From contig CAYODX010000013.1 in NCBI GenBank assembly GCA_964402795.1, positions 2,535 through 66,534 of the forward strand: a DNA stretch of 64,000 bases, read 5' to 3'. Position numbers and translations under genes: made by a program. The stretch comes from an uncultured Terricaulis sp. (GTDB taxonomy: Bacteria > Pseudomonadota > Alphaproteobacteria > Caulobacterales > Aquidulcibacteraceae). Below, one piece after another: positions 40,329-50,415 of the stretch. How positions within the stretch are numbered: position 1 is the stretch's first letter; every line of letters starts with the position of its first letter. The notes beneath the pieces are model-generated. The model had not been told where the DNA came from. It worked only from the letters and a program-made list of their open reading frames with translations, and ran no database searches.

Positions 40329-42173
40329 ATGACCAAGCTCACACGCCGCGGCGCGCTCGTCGCCGCAACAGGCGCCGCTGCCGCCTGCAGCACGCAAGGT
40401 CTTGCGACGCCGGCTTATGATGGACCGGTCGCTTTCAACCACGGCGTCGCCTCTGGCGATCCAAGGCACGATCGTCTCATTATCTGGACGCGCGTCTCGC
40501 CGGAACGCGCGGGCGCCGTGCCCGTGCGCTGGATCGTCGCCCGCAACCGCGAGCTTACGGATGTGGTGAAAACGGGCGTCGCCGAGACGAGCGAAGCGCG
40601 AGACTACACTGTCAAAGTGGACGTGACAGGCTTGCGCGCCGGCGCGCCCTACTTTTATGGCTTCCGCGCGGGCGCGGCGGAGAGCCCAATCGGCAAGACG
40701 CGCACGCTGCCGCAGGGTCGGCTGGACTCGTTGAAGCTCGCGGTCGCCTCCTGCGCGTCCTTCCCGCATGGTTTTTTCAATGCCTACGAAGCGATGGCGC
40801 GCGAGGAGGGCGTCGACGCTGTCGTGTTCCTCGGCGACTACATCTATGAGTACGGTCTCTCCGGCTATGGCGGCGAAACTGCAACCCAGCTCGGCCGCAT
40901 CCCATCACCGGAGGTGGAATGCACGCGGCTTGAAGATTACCGCGCGCGCCATGCGCAGTACAAACGCGAGGCCGAGTTGCAGGCGGCGCACGCAGCGGCG
41001 CCTTGGATTGTCGTCTGGGACGATCACGAGACCGCCAATGATGCTTTCGCCACTGGCGCGGAAAACCATCAGGCCAATGAAGGCGAGTGGGCGGCGCGCA
41101 AGCAGGCAGCGCTACGCGCCTATTATGAGTGGATGCCGATCCGCGACCCCGAGCCTGGCCGCGCCTTCGAAGCAATCAACCGCGCTTTCCAGTTTGGCGA
41201 TCTGATCACTCTGATCATGGTCGAATCGCGCCTGCTGGCGCGCACGCAGCCGCTTGACTACGCAAGTCAAATGCCGATCGAAATGCAGCGCTGGGATTTC
41301 TCAAACCCCGCCGCTCCTGTCGCGTTACGCCCAGGCGAGCCAGACACCCAAGCAATGCGTCGTCTGCCTGCGATTTATGAGGCAGTCGGCGGTGAGACGC
41401 GTCCGGTGCTCGACTGGCGCCGCGCCCAGTCGCTTGTCGCCAATGCACGCAATCTGCCCGAGGGCTTCTTTGTTGCGCCAGACGTGGGCGCCATCAATGC
41501 GCTGCTGTCATCGCCGGAGCGAACGTTATTGGGACAGGCGCAGGAGCAATGGCTGGCAAGCGAACTGCGCAATTCGGTCGCCGCCGGGACGACCTGGCAG
41601 GTGCTGGGCAATCAAGTGATCGTTGCGCCTGTCACCGCGCCTGACCTTTCGCGCACTCCAGCTCAGCTTGCTGCAGCGCTGGAGCGATTACGCCCGGGCG
41701 CTACGCAGCTTCTGAAGCTCACGCGCTTTCCATTCCCTCTCAATACTGATGCGTGGGACGGCTATCCCCAGTCGCGCGCCCGACTTCTGCACTCTATCCG
41801 CGCAGCTGGCGGCAATACGTTGGTTGTCACAGGCGACTCGCACACGGCTTGGGCGAACGAACTCAATGACGCGCAAGGGCGCGTTGCAGTCGAGTTCGGC
41901 GCTACCTCGATCACCTCCCCGAACGAGGCCGCCTATTTCACGCCGTTCGGCGTCGATTTCGCAGCTGGCGTTCGCGCGCGCAATCCACACATCAAATACA
42001 TGGAGACCGAGCATCACGGCTTCGTCTTGCTGACCCTGACGAAGGAGCAGGCAACCGCTGAGTATATCGGCGTCTCCACGATCACCTCGAAGGACTTCTC
42101 GCGCGCGCGATTGGCCGCCTTCACCGTGGCGCCGACGCCGGCGCCGGGTGTGGGGCCGATCACGCCGATCTAG
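40329..42173 (+). CDS. phoD: Alkaline phosphatase D family, Tat-exported
   Basis: TRR signal, FNHGVASGDP, GDYIYEY, WDDHE, DAWDGY, TGDSH. Confidence 0.93.
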   Translation: MTKLTRRGALVAATGAAAACSTQGLATPAYDGPVAFNHGVASGDPRHDRLIIWTRVSPERAGAVPVRWIVARNRELTDVVKTGVAETSEARDYTVKVDVTGLRAGAPYFYGFRAGAAESPIGKTRTLPQGRLDSLKLAVASCASFPHGFFNAYEAMAREEGVDAVVFLGDYIYEYGLSGYGGETATQLGRIPSPEVECTRLEDYRARHAQYKREAELQAAHAAAPWIVVWDDHETANDAFATGAENHQANEGEWAARKQAALRAYYEWMPIRDPEPGRAFEAINRAFQFGDLITLIMVESRLLARTQPLDYASQMPIEMQRWDFSNPAAPVALRPGEPDTQAMRRLPAIYEAVGGETRPVLDWRRAQSLVANARNLPEGFFVAPDVGAINALLSSPERTLLGQAQEQWLASELRNSVAAGTTWQVLGNQVIVAPVTAPDLSRTPAQLAAALERLRPGATQLLKLTRFPFPLNTDAWDGYPQSRARLLHSIRAAGGNTLVVTGDSHTAWANELNDAQGRVAVEFGATSITSPNEAAYFTPFGVDFAAGVRARNPHIKYMETEHHGFVLLTLTKEQATAEYIGVSTITSKDFSRARLAAFTVAPTPAPGVGPITPI

Positions 42174-43276
42174 TCCTTCGCGGCGCCTAGTCGATTCACT
42201 CCGCCGCCTGCGCCTGCGAACGCCTCCAGCTCAGCGGATGGCTTCTGATCGAGCCATTCCTGCGCCAGCACGCCGAACACTGGCGCATATTTGAATCCAT
42301 GTCCTGAGCAGGCGGAGAAGAGCAACACCCGCTCGTGAGCCGTGCTCGAGCGAATGAGGAAGTGTTCGTCTGGCGTCACTGTGTAGAGGCAGCGCGCCAT
42401 CCGCACAGGTTTGGGATCGTGCTTCGGCAACAGCAGGGCGGCGTGCTCCGAAAGCATCGCTGCGTCCTCGTCGCCGGGCTCGCGTACCGAGTCCGGATCG
42501 GCAGCGCCGCCTAGCGCGTGAAGCCCGAGCTTGTACAACCCTCGCGGCGCCGGCATGCCATAGACGCCTGCTTCGTTGTCGATGCAAATCACCGGCAACA
42601 GGCGCGGCGCCTCTGTGCTGAACCACGCTACCACGCGCCGCTTCACAGCGAGGCGCCCGACGAATTCGGGCAGCAGCTTCCCGGCCCAGGATCCAGCGGC
42701 CACAATGACCGCGTCGAAGCTGCGCACTTCACCCTTCAGCCTCAACGAGGGGCCATCGATCGGCGACTGCACTGGAATATCGTGAAATAGCCGGGCGCCC
42801 CACTGCGTAGCCTGCTTGAGCAGGAATGTGCGTGTCGCGTCTGCGGCGATCACCCCCGCGTCTTCCTGCCGGAACACGTCCCACTCATAGGGCATGGCCA
42901 GATAGCCGCGGGTCAGGGGATGAATCGCGTCGCCACGGAGCAGCGCTGCGGGCGTCTTGCTGAGCCTTTGGCAAGCCCTGACGAATGGCGAACCGCGCGG
43001 GCCGGCCATCAGTCCGCTCGTCCATTCTATGAGCGGCCTGCCGGCCAGACCTTCCCAGCTGCGCCACATTTCCCCCGAGCGCTGCGCAAGTCGTACATAA
43101 ACGTCGCCCTCGCCAGGGGTCATGCGCATGATGCGTGTGTCGCCATGCGATGAACCGTTCGCGTGCATGGGCCCGAACTGCTCGAACCCGAACACAACGT
43201 GTCCAGCCAGCGCGAGGCGCGCGCAGATACTCAGTCCTGCAATGCCCAGCCCGACAACCGCCACCTTCATCGCCAT
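42170..43276 (-). CDS. FAD-dependent sarcosine oxidase/SolA-like oxidoreductase
   Basis: VVGLGIAG, GSSHGDTRI, CLYTVTPD, CSGHGFK. Confidence 0.88.
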   Translation of the reverse strand: MAMKVAVVGLGIAGLSICARLALAGHVVFGFEQFGPMHANGSSHGDTRIMRMTPGEGDVYVRLAQRSGEMWRSWEGLAGRPLIEWTSGLMAGPRGSPFVRACQRLSKTPAALLRGDAIHPLTRGYLAMPYEWDVFRQEDAGVIAADATRTFLLKQATQWGARLFHDIPVQSPIDGPSLRLKGEVRSFDAVIVAAGSWAGKLLPEFVGRLAVKRRVVAWFSTEAPRLLPVICIDNEAGVYGMPAPRGLYKLGLHALGGAADPDSVREPGDEDAAMLSEHAALLLPKHDPKPVRMARCLYTVTPDEHFLIRSSTAHERVLLFSACSGHGFKYAPVFGVLAQEWLDQKPSAELEAFAGAGGGVNRLGAAKD

Positions 43277-43283
43277 GCACTTA

Positions 43284-43311
43284 CCCTCTCCCTGCGGCTG
43301 ACGGGAGAGGG
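43284..43311. repeat. CCCTCTCCC/GGGAGAGGG hairpin (partial intergenic repeat)
   Basis: 9-bp inverted repeat with 10-nt loop, resembling CIR/RIME-type alphaproteobacterial repeats. Confidence 0.5.
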
Positions 43312-43388
43312 CAGAGTGGGAGGGGGAGACTCGACATGCCAGCCGCGCACCGCCCTTGCCCGCCGCCTCGTGCTCGCCATGGACGAAA

Positions 43389-44300
43389 ATGGCGGTCATG
43401 AGCCTGAAGGACCTGATCAAGGCCCAGGTGGCCGCGCTCGACGCATGGGCGAGACCCTGGGCGCAACGCTCCAGGTGGCATGGCTGGGCTTACGAATTCT
43501 TGCTGTTCGGGCTGAAGCAGGCATGGGCCTGCCTGTTCGGCGGCATCATGGTCGCGCTCCTGGTGGGCACGCGGTACTTCTGGCCCCATGAGGCCGCGCT
43601 CAGCCGTTATGATTTTCTCGTCCTCGCTGCGTTGGCTGTGCAAGTGCTGCTGTTGGCGACCAAGCTTGAGCGCTGGGATGAAGCGGTGGTGATCTTTGTC
43701 TTCCATGTGGTTGGCACGATCATGGAGGTGTTCAAGACCGCACACGGCTCCTGGATCTATCCAGAGGAGAGCGTTCTACGCATTGGCGGAGTGCCGCTGT
43801 TTTCCGGTTTCATGTACGCCTCGATAGGCTCGTACATCGCCCGCATCTGGCGATTATTCGACGTGCGTTTCATCAAGTACCCGCCGGCATGGACGACGTG
43901 GGCTCTGGCGATCCTGGCGTACGTGAATTTTTTCACCCACCATTATCTGCCTGACATCCGTCTTGGCTTGTTTGCATTTTCGCTGCTGATTTTTGGCCGA
44001 ACCATCTTCCTGTTCACGCCGGACAAGAAACCGCGCCCCATGCCAATGGTGCTCGGGGCGCTGCTAGTGGCGCTCTTCATCTGGTTTGCAGAAAACCTCG
44101 GCACATTCGCCGCCGCCTGGATCTACCCCGATCAGAGCGACGGCTGGCGCCCCGTCTCCATCCACAAGATGGGCGCTTGGTATCTATTGATGCTGTTGAG
44201 TTTCGTGCTGGTTACGCTTGTACACAAGCCCGAACGCACAACCGCAAAGGCGCACTCAAGAACCCAGGCCGTGACCGGTCAGCCTTGCCCATCAGACTGA
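43389..44300 (+). CDS. DUF817 (YoaT-like) membrane protein
   Basis: FGLKQAWACLFGG, RYDFL, FHVVG..MEVFKT..GSW.YP, GVPLFSGFMY. Confidence 0.85.
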   Translation: MAVMSLKDLIKAQVAALDAWARPWAQRSRWHGWAYEFLLFGLKQAWACLFGGIMVALLVGTRYFWPHEAALSRYDFLVLAALAVQVLLLATKLERWDEAVVIFVFHVVGTIMEVFKTAHGSWIYPEESVLRIGGVPLFSGFMYASIGSYIARIWRLFDVRFIKYPPAWTTWALAILAYVNFFTHHYLPDIRLGLFAFSLLIFGRTIFLFTPDKKPRPMPMVLGALLVALFIWFAENLGTFAAAWIYPDQSDGWRPVSIHKMGAWYLLMLLSFVLVTLVHKPERTTAKAHSRTQAVTGQPCPSD

Positions 44301-44307
44301 CGCGCCG

Positions 44308-44727
44308 CTACGGGCGCACGCCGTAGCTCGCTTGGATTGTGCAAGTCTGCAAATTGCTCGGCGGCGCAACGGCGGGCTGTGACGGCACATAACCGGCTGT
44401 CATCACCGAGTTGCCGGGATGCAGGCTCGAGCTGAGATCGAACTCGCCCACTGTCGGCATCCGATCGCCAGATCGCTGGAATGACCAGGAGAGGTGCGTC
44501 CCTGCGGGAAGCGTGAAACTTAGCGAGTTTCGCGCGTACAAGGCCGCGCCGTGAGTGGCGAAGTTGGCGAAAACGCGCCACTCGCATTGCAACGGACGAG
44601 AAAACGAGTTCGGGACTGCCTCTCGGAGCGTCGGCGCCGTTTGTCGCGCCTGAGCACGAACGGCCGCAGGGCTGACGGCGGCGACAGCGAACATGACGCA
44701 AGCTATGGCAGGGCCAAATCGGATCAT
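44308..44727 (-). CDS. Hypothetical secreted protein
   Basis: Signal peptide MIRFGPAIACVMFAVAAVSPAA; no family recognised. Confidence 0.5.
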   Translation of the reverse strand: MIRFGPAIACVMFAVAAVSPAAVRAQARQTAPTLREAVPNSFSRPLQCEWRVFANFATHGAALYARNSLSFTLPAGTHLSWSFQRSGDRMPTVGEFDLSSSLHPGNSVMTAGYVPSQPAVAPPSNLQTCTIQASYGVRP

Positions 44728-44828
44728 AGACGCCTCCGTGCGGAAGGTCCCTCCCCAGCGAGCATAGTACAATTTGCCACAAAGACTATAGAGTTTACGC
44801 GACTCGGCTTGCGAATACGAAGCGAAGA

Positions 44829-45245
44829 TTACGTGCCCATGAAATGCGCTGTGATCTCGCGTTTTTGCGGGGCGCGCCGATGCTCGAAAAGATAGAGTCC
44901 CTGCCAAGCGCCGAGCAGCAGCGCACCGTCACGCAGCGGAATCGAAAGGTGCGTGTGCGTCAGCGCGGTGCGGATATGGGCAGGCATGTCGTCCGCTCCC
45001 TCGGCGTCGTGCCTGTAGGGGCCGTGCTCTGGCGCAACGCGTTCGAAATATGCCGCTAAATCGGCGCGGACATCTGGATCGGCGTTCTCGTTGATCAGCA
45101 GCGACGCGGAGGTGTGTCGGCAGAAGAGGGTGACCAGCCCCTGTTCGAAACGTTCATGCGTCAGCCATGCCTTCAGCTCACGCGTGAACTCGTAAGGACC
45201 TTTGCCGCGTGTTTCGACACGAAGCGTGTGAAATGCCTGGCGCAC
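44829..45245 (-). CDS. yjbQ: YjbQ (UPF0047) family protein
   Basis: HTSASLLINENADPDV, DDMPAHIR, LGAWQGLYLFEHR. Confidence 0.92.
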   Translation of the reverse strand: MRQAFHTLRVETRGKGPYEFTRELKAWLTHERFEQGLVTLFCRHTSASLLINENADPDVRADLAAYFERVAPEHGPYRHDAEGADDMPAHIRTALTHTHLSIPLRDGALLLGAWQGLYLFEHRRAPQKREITAHFMGT

Positions 45246-45250
45246 GCGCC

Positions 45251-45865
45251 TCAGCCATAGCCCGCGAGTTTCAGGAAGCGGTTGCGCAGTTCTTCGCTGT
45301 CTTTGAATTCACCCGTGAACGTCGTCGTCACCGTTGTGACGTCCTTGTGGTGGACGCCGCGCGTGGACATGCACTGATGCTCTGCGTCGATCAGCACAGC
45401 CACGCCGCGCGGATCGAGCGAGGTGGTGATCGCTTCAGCGATCTGAGAGGTCATCGTCTCCTGGGTCTGCAGCCGCTTGGCGAATATCTCGACCACGCGC
45501 GCGATCTTGGAGATGCCGACCACCGAGTCCGTCGGAAGATAGGCGACGAACGCCTTGCCGAGGAACGGCGCAATGTGGTGCTCGCAATGGCTTTCGACGT
45601 CGATGTTTTTCAGCATGACGATGTCGTCATAGCCGCCGACGTCTTCGAACACGCGTGAAAGTTCTTCGGCCGGGCATTCGTCGTAGCCGCGGAACCATTC
45701 GCGGTAAGCCTCGATAACACGCTTGGGCGTGTCTCTTAGACCTTCGCGGTCCGGGTCGTCCCCGGCCCAAGCGATCAGCGTGCGCACTGCTTCCATAGCC
45801 GCTTCACGCGAAGGCCTGGTTGCGTTCGCCTCGGCCGGCGAGCGCCATTTCAGAATCTCACTCAT
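45251..45865 (-). CDS. folE: GTP cyclohydrolase I
   Basis: [37 protein letters not shown]. Confidence 0.96.
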   Translation of the reverse strand: MSEILKWRSPAEANATRPSREAAMEAVRTLIAWAGDDPDREGLRDTPKRVIEAYREWFRGYDECPAEELSRVFEDVGGYDDIVMLKNIDVESHCEHHIAPFLGKAFVAYLPTDSVVGISKIARVVEIFAKRLQTQETMTSQIAEAITTSLDPRGVAVLIDAEHQCMSTRGVHHKDVTTVTTTFTGEFKDSEELRNRFLKLAGYG

Positions 45866-46047
45866 TCGAGGTCCTTGGTCTGAGGAGCGGAGGTCGAGCC
45901 GGGAGGGTCTGGGTCACCCCAGCACCCGGACTTAACGCCCGCCCGCGGTTAATACCTCAGGCAGCAGGGCCAATGGCCCTCGTGACAGATGGTGTCTAGC
46001 ACATCAGATGCTAGTACGCAGCAGAGGTTCCCGGGGTTTTCTCCGTC

Positions 46048-47427
46048 ATGCAGATTTCGCTCACCAATACCCTCACCCGGCGTAAGGAGGCGTTCGCTCC
46101 CGCCAATCCCAAGCGGGTGACCATGTATGTGTGCGGCCCCACCGTCTACGCGCATGCTCATATCGGCAACGCCCGACCGCCGGTGGTGTTTGACGTTCTG
46201 TTTCGCCTGCTGCGGCACGCTTACGGCGACGACGCCGTGCTCTATGCGCGCAACTACACCGACATCGACGACAAGATCATCGCCGCCGCCGCAAAGGCGC
46301 GCGCGCCGATCGAGGAGATCACGCGCAAGTTCGAGCGCATATACGAGGAAGACATGGGCGCGCTTGGCGTGCTCGAGCCAACGCTGAAGCCGCGCGCTAC
46401 CGCGCATGTCGCCGACATGATTGCGCTGATCGAGAAGCTGATCGGCGCGGGACATGCTTATGTCGCCGATAGCGGGGTCTATTTCATCGTTGGAAGCGAC
46501 GCCGACTACGGCAAACTGTCGGGCCGCACGCAGGATGAATTGAAAGCCGGCGCGCGCGTAGAGGGGGAGGACGATAAGCGCTCGCCGTCAGATTTCGCCT
46601 TGTGGAAGAGCGCCAAGCCTGGCGAACCCTCCTGGGACGCGCCCTTCGGCGCCGGCCGGCCGGGTTGGCACATCGAGTGCTCAGCCATGATCGAGACCGA
46701 GCTCGGATCGCCCATAGACATCCACGGCGGCGGCATCGATCTCATCTTCCCGCACCACGAAAACGAGATTGCGCAAAGCGAAAGCGCCCACGGTCATCCG
46801 CTGGCGCGCGTGTGGATGCACAATGGCTTTCTGACGATGGACAGAGAGAAGATGTCGAAATCCATCGGCAACATCATCACGCCGCGCGAGCTGTTGGACG
46901 ATGGCTGGCAGGGTGAGACAATTCGCTGGGCGTTGTTGTCGGCGCATTATCGCGCGCCGCTCGATTGGAGCGAAGAGTTGTTGAAGCAGGCGCAAGCTTC
47001 GCTCGATCGCATGTATGGAGCTCTGCTGCGGTTGAAGGATGTCGCCGCAGACGCGACGGAAGCGCCCGAGGCGTTCGTCGCCGCCCTGGCCGATGATCTC
47101 AACACGCCTTCCGCCGTCGCTGAGTTGTCTGCGCTGGTGAGTGTCGCCAACACGGCGAAGAAGCCCGCCGAACAGGCGAAGGCGAAAGGCGAGCTGATTG
47201 CAGCGGCGCGTCTGCTTGGCGTTCTCTCGCAAGATCCGGAGCGCTGGTTCCGCGCCTCGTTCGGCGAAGCGGCCGCGCGTGAGATCGACGCGCTGGTCGC
47301 CGAGAGGGTCGCCGCCCGCCAAGCCAAGGACTACGCCAAATCGGACGCGTTGCGCGACGAACTCTATGCGCGCGGGGTGGAGGTCATGGATGGCCCCGCA
47401 GGCAGCACGTGGCGACGCAAGGGGTGA
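46048..47427 (+). CDS. cysS: Cysteine--tRNA ligase
   Basis: YVCGPTVY..HIGN, GRPGWHIECS, FPHHENE, KMSKS. Confidence 0.98.
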   Translation: MQISLTNTLTRRKEAFAPANPKRVTMYVCGPTVYAHAHIGNARPPVVFDVLFRLLRHAYGDDAVLYARNYTDIDDKIIAAAAKARAPIEEITRKFERIYEEDMGALGVLEPTLKPRATAHVADMIALIEKLIGAGHAYVADSGVYFIVGSDADYGKLSGRTQDELKAGARVEGEDDKRSPSDFALWKSAKPGEPSWDAPFGAGRPGWHIECSAMIETELGSPIDIHGGGIDLIFPHHENEIAQSESAHGHPLARVWMHNGFLTMDREKMSKSIGNIITPRELLDDGWQGETIRWALLSAHYRAPLDWSEELLKQAQASLDRMYGALLRLKDVAADATEAPEAFVAALADDLNTPSAVAELSALVSVANTAKKPAEQAKAKGELIAAARLLGVLSQDPERWFRASFGEAAAREIDALVAERVAARQAKDYAKSDALRDELYARGVEVMDGPAGSTWRRKG

Positions 47428-47448
47428 CGCTGGTTCAGGGCTTTCGGA

Positions 47449-48264
47449 ATGACGAACACGACGATTGCGCCAAAACTGACTTTGCTGGCCGCATGCAAGG
47501 AAATCGGCTGGCTGCCATTGCTGCTGATGGGGATCGGCGGCCTCTCCGTCATCGACATCATGGAGAAAGCTGTGCTTGGGGATATTAGCCTCATCACGCC
47601 GCTTCGGATCGTGCTCGATGGCTATCAGCGCATCGCCGCCCTGGCCGCCGCGTTTGTCGAACGCCCGCTCGCGCCGCTGATGACCTGGCTCAGCCGGCTA
47701 TTTCAATACGACCTTTTCCTTCAACCCTATTGGCGATCGCTCTTCCTGCTGCAGGGATTGGCCGTCGCGCCGATCGTGCGCGCGACGTGGCAGGCAGGGC
47801 AGAAGTTCGACGCGGCGATCGCTGCAATCGTGATGTACGCTGGCTGCCTGGCCGTGTCTTTGGTTGTGGGTCTCGCGCCGCAGATACCGGTCTGGTGGTT
47901 TCAGGGTTTCATCGCCGCTCTGATGGTCTTGACGTTGTGGCTCACGTTCGGAATCGCCGCAGCGCTTGGGCCAGCTGGCGGCGAAGAGAAGCTCGACGTC
48001 CGGGGCGGCGTGGCCACGGCATTGTTCAGCGCCTTTGTCGGATTTGTCCTTGCAGCGCTCATTGCGCTGGCGCCGCAAATTGGCGCTGGCGCCGCTGTCG
48101 TCGCGTTTGGCATATCGATCGCGCTCTTCGGTTTGCTCTTTATCGCGGGCTCTTTCCGCACCGGCGAAATCGACATGTTCCGATTGGGCCTCGCCATCTT
48201 CGGCGGCTTTATCGCGGCAGCGTTGGTGTTGCTCGCCGATGCGATCGTGAAGGCGCTGAGCTGA
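47449..48264 (+). CDS. Hypothetical multi-pass membrane protein
   Basis: About 7 hydrophobic segments; no family recognised. Confidence 0.7.
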   Translation: MTNTTIAPKLTLLAACKEIGWLPLLLMGIGGLSVIDIMEKAVLGDISLITPLRIVLDGYQRIAALAAAFVERPLAPLMTWLSRLFQYDLFLQPYWRSLFLLQGLAVAPIVRATWQAGQKFDAAIAAIVMYAGCLAVSLVVGLAPQIPVWWFQGFIAALMVLTLWLTFGIAAALGPAGGEEKLDVRGGVATALFSAFVGFVLAALIALAPQIGAGAAVVAFGISIALFGLLFIAGSFRTGEIDMFRLGLAIFGGFIAAALVLLADAIVKALS

Positions 48265-48356
48265 AGCGTTTGTCGGCATTGCTGCTTTGCAGGCGCCTCA
48301 CCCAATTGCCGACGGCCGTGGGTCGCTGTAGCCAAGCGAGGGGGAGAGGACCATCC

Positions 48357-48800
48357 ATGCGGTTGATGATTTTTGCAGGTTTCGCTTCGCTCCTGGCTTG
48401 TGTTTCCGCAGCCGGCGCCGAGGAATTCGGGCGGCTGCCGTTTCCGGTCGAGCGCGGATCGGCCTTGCCGCCGCCTGCTCCGCAAGCGCATCAGAGCGCG
48501 CCGCCGGAAGGCGCCGGCGCAGGCGGTTTCGATTTCGGCGACTGGCGCAGCACCGAAGCAGTGACATACGCGCGTGCGCTGCAGTCGCAGGTCAGCACGC
48601 GCTATGCGAACCAGGAAGTCTCCTTTATCCGCGCCGATCTCGAAGCGAACGGCTTTGCGTGCGAAGACGGGCAGCAGTTGGATTGCCGGATCGAGATCAT
48701 GGAGCGCGAATGCGCTTATGATTGGTATGTGGTGGTTGACCGCGGGCGGCGCGATCCGGTGGCGGGGTTTGATCAGATGTGCCTTGGCGCGCGCCGATGA
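48357..48800 (+). CDS. Hypothetical secreted protein with 4 C-terminal Cys
   Basis: SD before ATG 48357; signal peptide; DLEANGFAC..C..C.YDWYV..C. Confidence 0.65.
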   Translation: MRLMIFAGFASLLACVSAAGAEEFGRLPFPVERGSALPPPAPQAHQSAPPEGAGAGGFDFGDWRSTEAVTYARALQSQVSTRYANQEVSFIRADLEANGFACEDGQQLDCRIEIMERECAYDWYVVVDRGRRDPVAGFDQMCLGARR

Positions 48801-48808
48801 ACGACCAG

Positions 48809-49297
48809 CTATTGGTCCGCTCTCGTCGAAGCTGGCACATCCAAGAACGCTTGCACACCGGGCGGATCGAGCACCAGCATGGGCGCGAAGCCGAAATTGA
48901 TGGCGACGAAATTTGGAGCAATGCGCTGCAATGCTTCGCGTCCAGTCAACGTCACGTGCGCCGCGCCCACGCCTAACCGGCGCGCCAACAACGGTAGGCT
49001 GGTGAACACGAAGGCTGCGCGGTCCTGGCCACGCAACGCCCGCAAGAGCGGCGGTGCATCGGCAGCGCTCGACGCGAGTGCGAGCAGGACGGGTGATTCC
49101 AAGAAGGCGCGCCGGAAGGCTGGCCGCAGCGCTTCGTTGCTGTAGGCTGCTGCGAACGAACGTTCCAACGCATTGGTGGGTTGATACGGCTCAAGGTCTG
49201 GCTGCTGCGGCCGCTCCGGGCGCGTCGCCTCTTGCTGTCCCCAAGCAGGCGCAGCGGTCAGAGCGATCGCGCTGGCGAGGAAGGTCCGTCTCAGCAA
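48809..49297 (-). CDS. Exported SseB-like protein
   Basis: GGAG before TTG; twin-Arg signal RRTFL; PTNALER..F..AFL..AFVFTS..AIN pattern. Confidence 0.5.
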   Translation of the reverse strand: MLRRTFLASAIALTAAPAWGQQEATRPERPQQPDLEPYQPTNALERSFAAAYSNEALRPAFRRAFLESPVLLALASSAADAPPLLRALRGQDRAAFVFTSLPLLARRLGVGAAHVTLTGREALQRIAPNFVAINFGFAPMLVLDPPGVQAFLDVPASTRADQ

Positions 49298-49361
49298 GTG
49301 GGTGTCTCCAGGGCCGATCTTGCCGGTTGCGTGGCCTCGAAGGAAGGCCACATAAAGGCCG

Positions 49362-49793
49362 ATGGACGATCTCTACCACCCGCGCATCATGGAATTGGCG
49401 GCCGACATTCCGCATGTTGGCAGGCTTGACGCTCCCGATGGCGCTGCGACCAAAGTCAGCCGCGTGTGCGGTTCAGTGGTGACGGTGGAGCTAAAATTGG
49501 AAAATGGCCTCATCAGCGACATCGCCGTACACCCGAAAGCTTGCGCACTCGGCCAAGCTGCAACCGGCGTGTTGGCGATGAACGCTATCGGCGCCACGCC
49601 GGTTGAAATTCGTCATGCGCGAGAGGCGCTGAAAGCGATGCTGAAGGAGGGTGGCGCGCCGCCGACGGGACGCTTCTGGGAGCTCAGACATTTGGAAGGC
49701 GTGCGCGACTACCCGCCGCGGCACGCCTCCACGATGCTTGCTTTCGATGCTGCTTGCGAGGCGCTCGACCAGGCCGAGCGCGCCCGGCGCTAG
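49362..49793 (+). CDS. NifU/IscU-like Fe-S scaffold protein
   Basis: SRVCGS..V.L, KACALGQA, VRDYPPRHAST.L. Confidence 0.85.
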   Translation: MDDLYHPRIMELAADIPHVGRLDAPDGAATKVSRVCGSVVTVELKLENGLISDIAVHPKACALGQAATGVLAMNAIGATPVEIRHAREALKAMLKEGGAPPTGRFWELRHLEGVRDYPPRHASTMLAFDAACEALDQAERARR

Positions 49794-50047
49794 GCCATAG
49801 GCCTGCGCTTGAAGAGGCCGAGCAGGAAGAGGAGCACGATCGCACCGAGGGTCGAGACGATCAGGCTGCCCCAAAAGCCCGCGAAGCCGATGCCGAGCGC
49901 GTTGGCTATGAACGCGCCGAGCAAGGCGCCGACCACGCCGACGATCAGATTGGTGAGCAGGCCGTGTTTGCGGCCCATGACTTGTTCAGCGATCCAACCG
50001 GCGAGAATGCCGATGATGATCGCACCTAAAAGAGAGACTTCGTTCAT
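49790..50047 (-). CDS. GlsB/YeaQ/YmgE stress-response membrane protein
   Basis: IIIGILAGWIA..NLIVGVVGALLG..LGAIVLL. Confidence 0.9.
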   Translation of the reverse strand: MNEVSLLGAIIIGILAGWIAEQVMGRKHGLLTNLIVGVVGALLGAFIANALGIGFAGFWGSLIVSTLGAIVLLFLLGLFKRRPMA

Positions 50048-50079
50048 GTGGCGGTGCTCCGAATTGCCGTGCTCCGGAA

Positions 50080-50105
50080 AACCGCGATGTGTGGCAGGCT
50101 GTTCC
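50080..50105 (-). promoter_or_regulatory. EcfG/sigma-T type promoter
   Basis: GGAAC-N17-GGTT upstream of GlsB-like gene. Confidence 0.7.
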
Positions 50106-50106
50106 C

Positions 50107-50235
50107 TTACCGCGTTCGCAACATTGCCCACAGGCGCGTGAAGAGCGCCTCGCTATCGCGGATCGCCCAATAAACTAGGCCGCCCGCTGCCCCTCCGGCG
50201 GCATAGCCTGCCAGTTCCAACCAAGTCGGACCCAT
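50107..50235 (-). CDS. Putative 42-aa membrane peptide
   Basis: GGAGG SD; MGPTWLELAGYAAGGAAGGLVYWAIRDSEALFTRLWAMLRTR; below ORF-track length cutoff. Confidence 0.35.
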   Translation of the reverse strand: MGPTWLELAGYAAGGAAGGLVYWAIRDSEALFTRLWAMLRTR

Positions 50236-50415
50236 GAAGTGTTTCCTCCGCAGCGCTTTCTAGATACGTGCTGAGGGCATGCCTCGCTACTGGCGGCTGC
50301 GGTGACGGCTGCACCGTTGGCGAGGCCGGTGATTTTAAGTCACGGCGGCGGCGCTGCGATGAGCCTTCCCGCGCCCAAGGTTAGGGGCTAGCCTCAGCGG
50401 CAAGGGGAGGCGCCC

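Noticed and set aside
45866-45950. THF-II (folE motif) riboswitch
   Set aside because: The conserved core as I recall it (CCGUUCAACUCG...ACGGGAG) is not present; needs an Rfam scan
47730-48356. N-terminal part of the 356-aa ORF
   Set aside because: Overlaps the membrane protein gene; the signal peptide and SD point to ATG 48357
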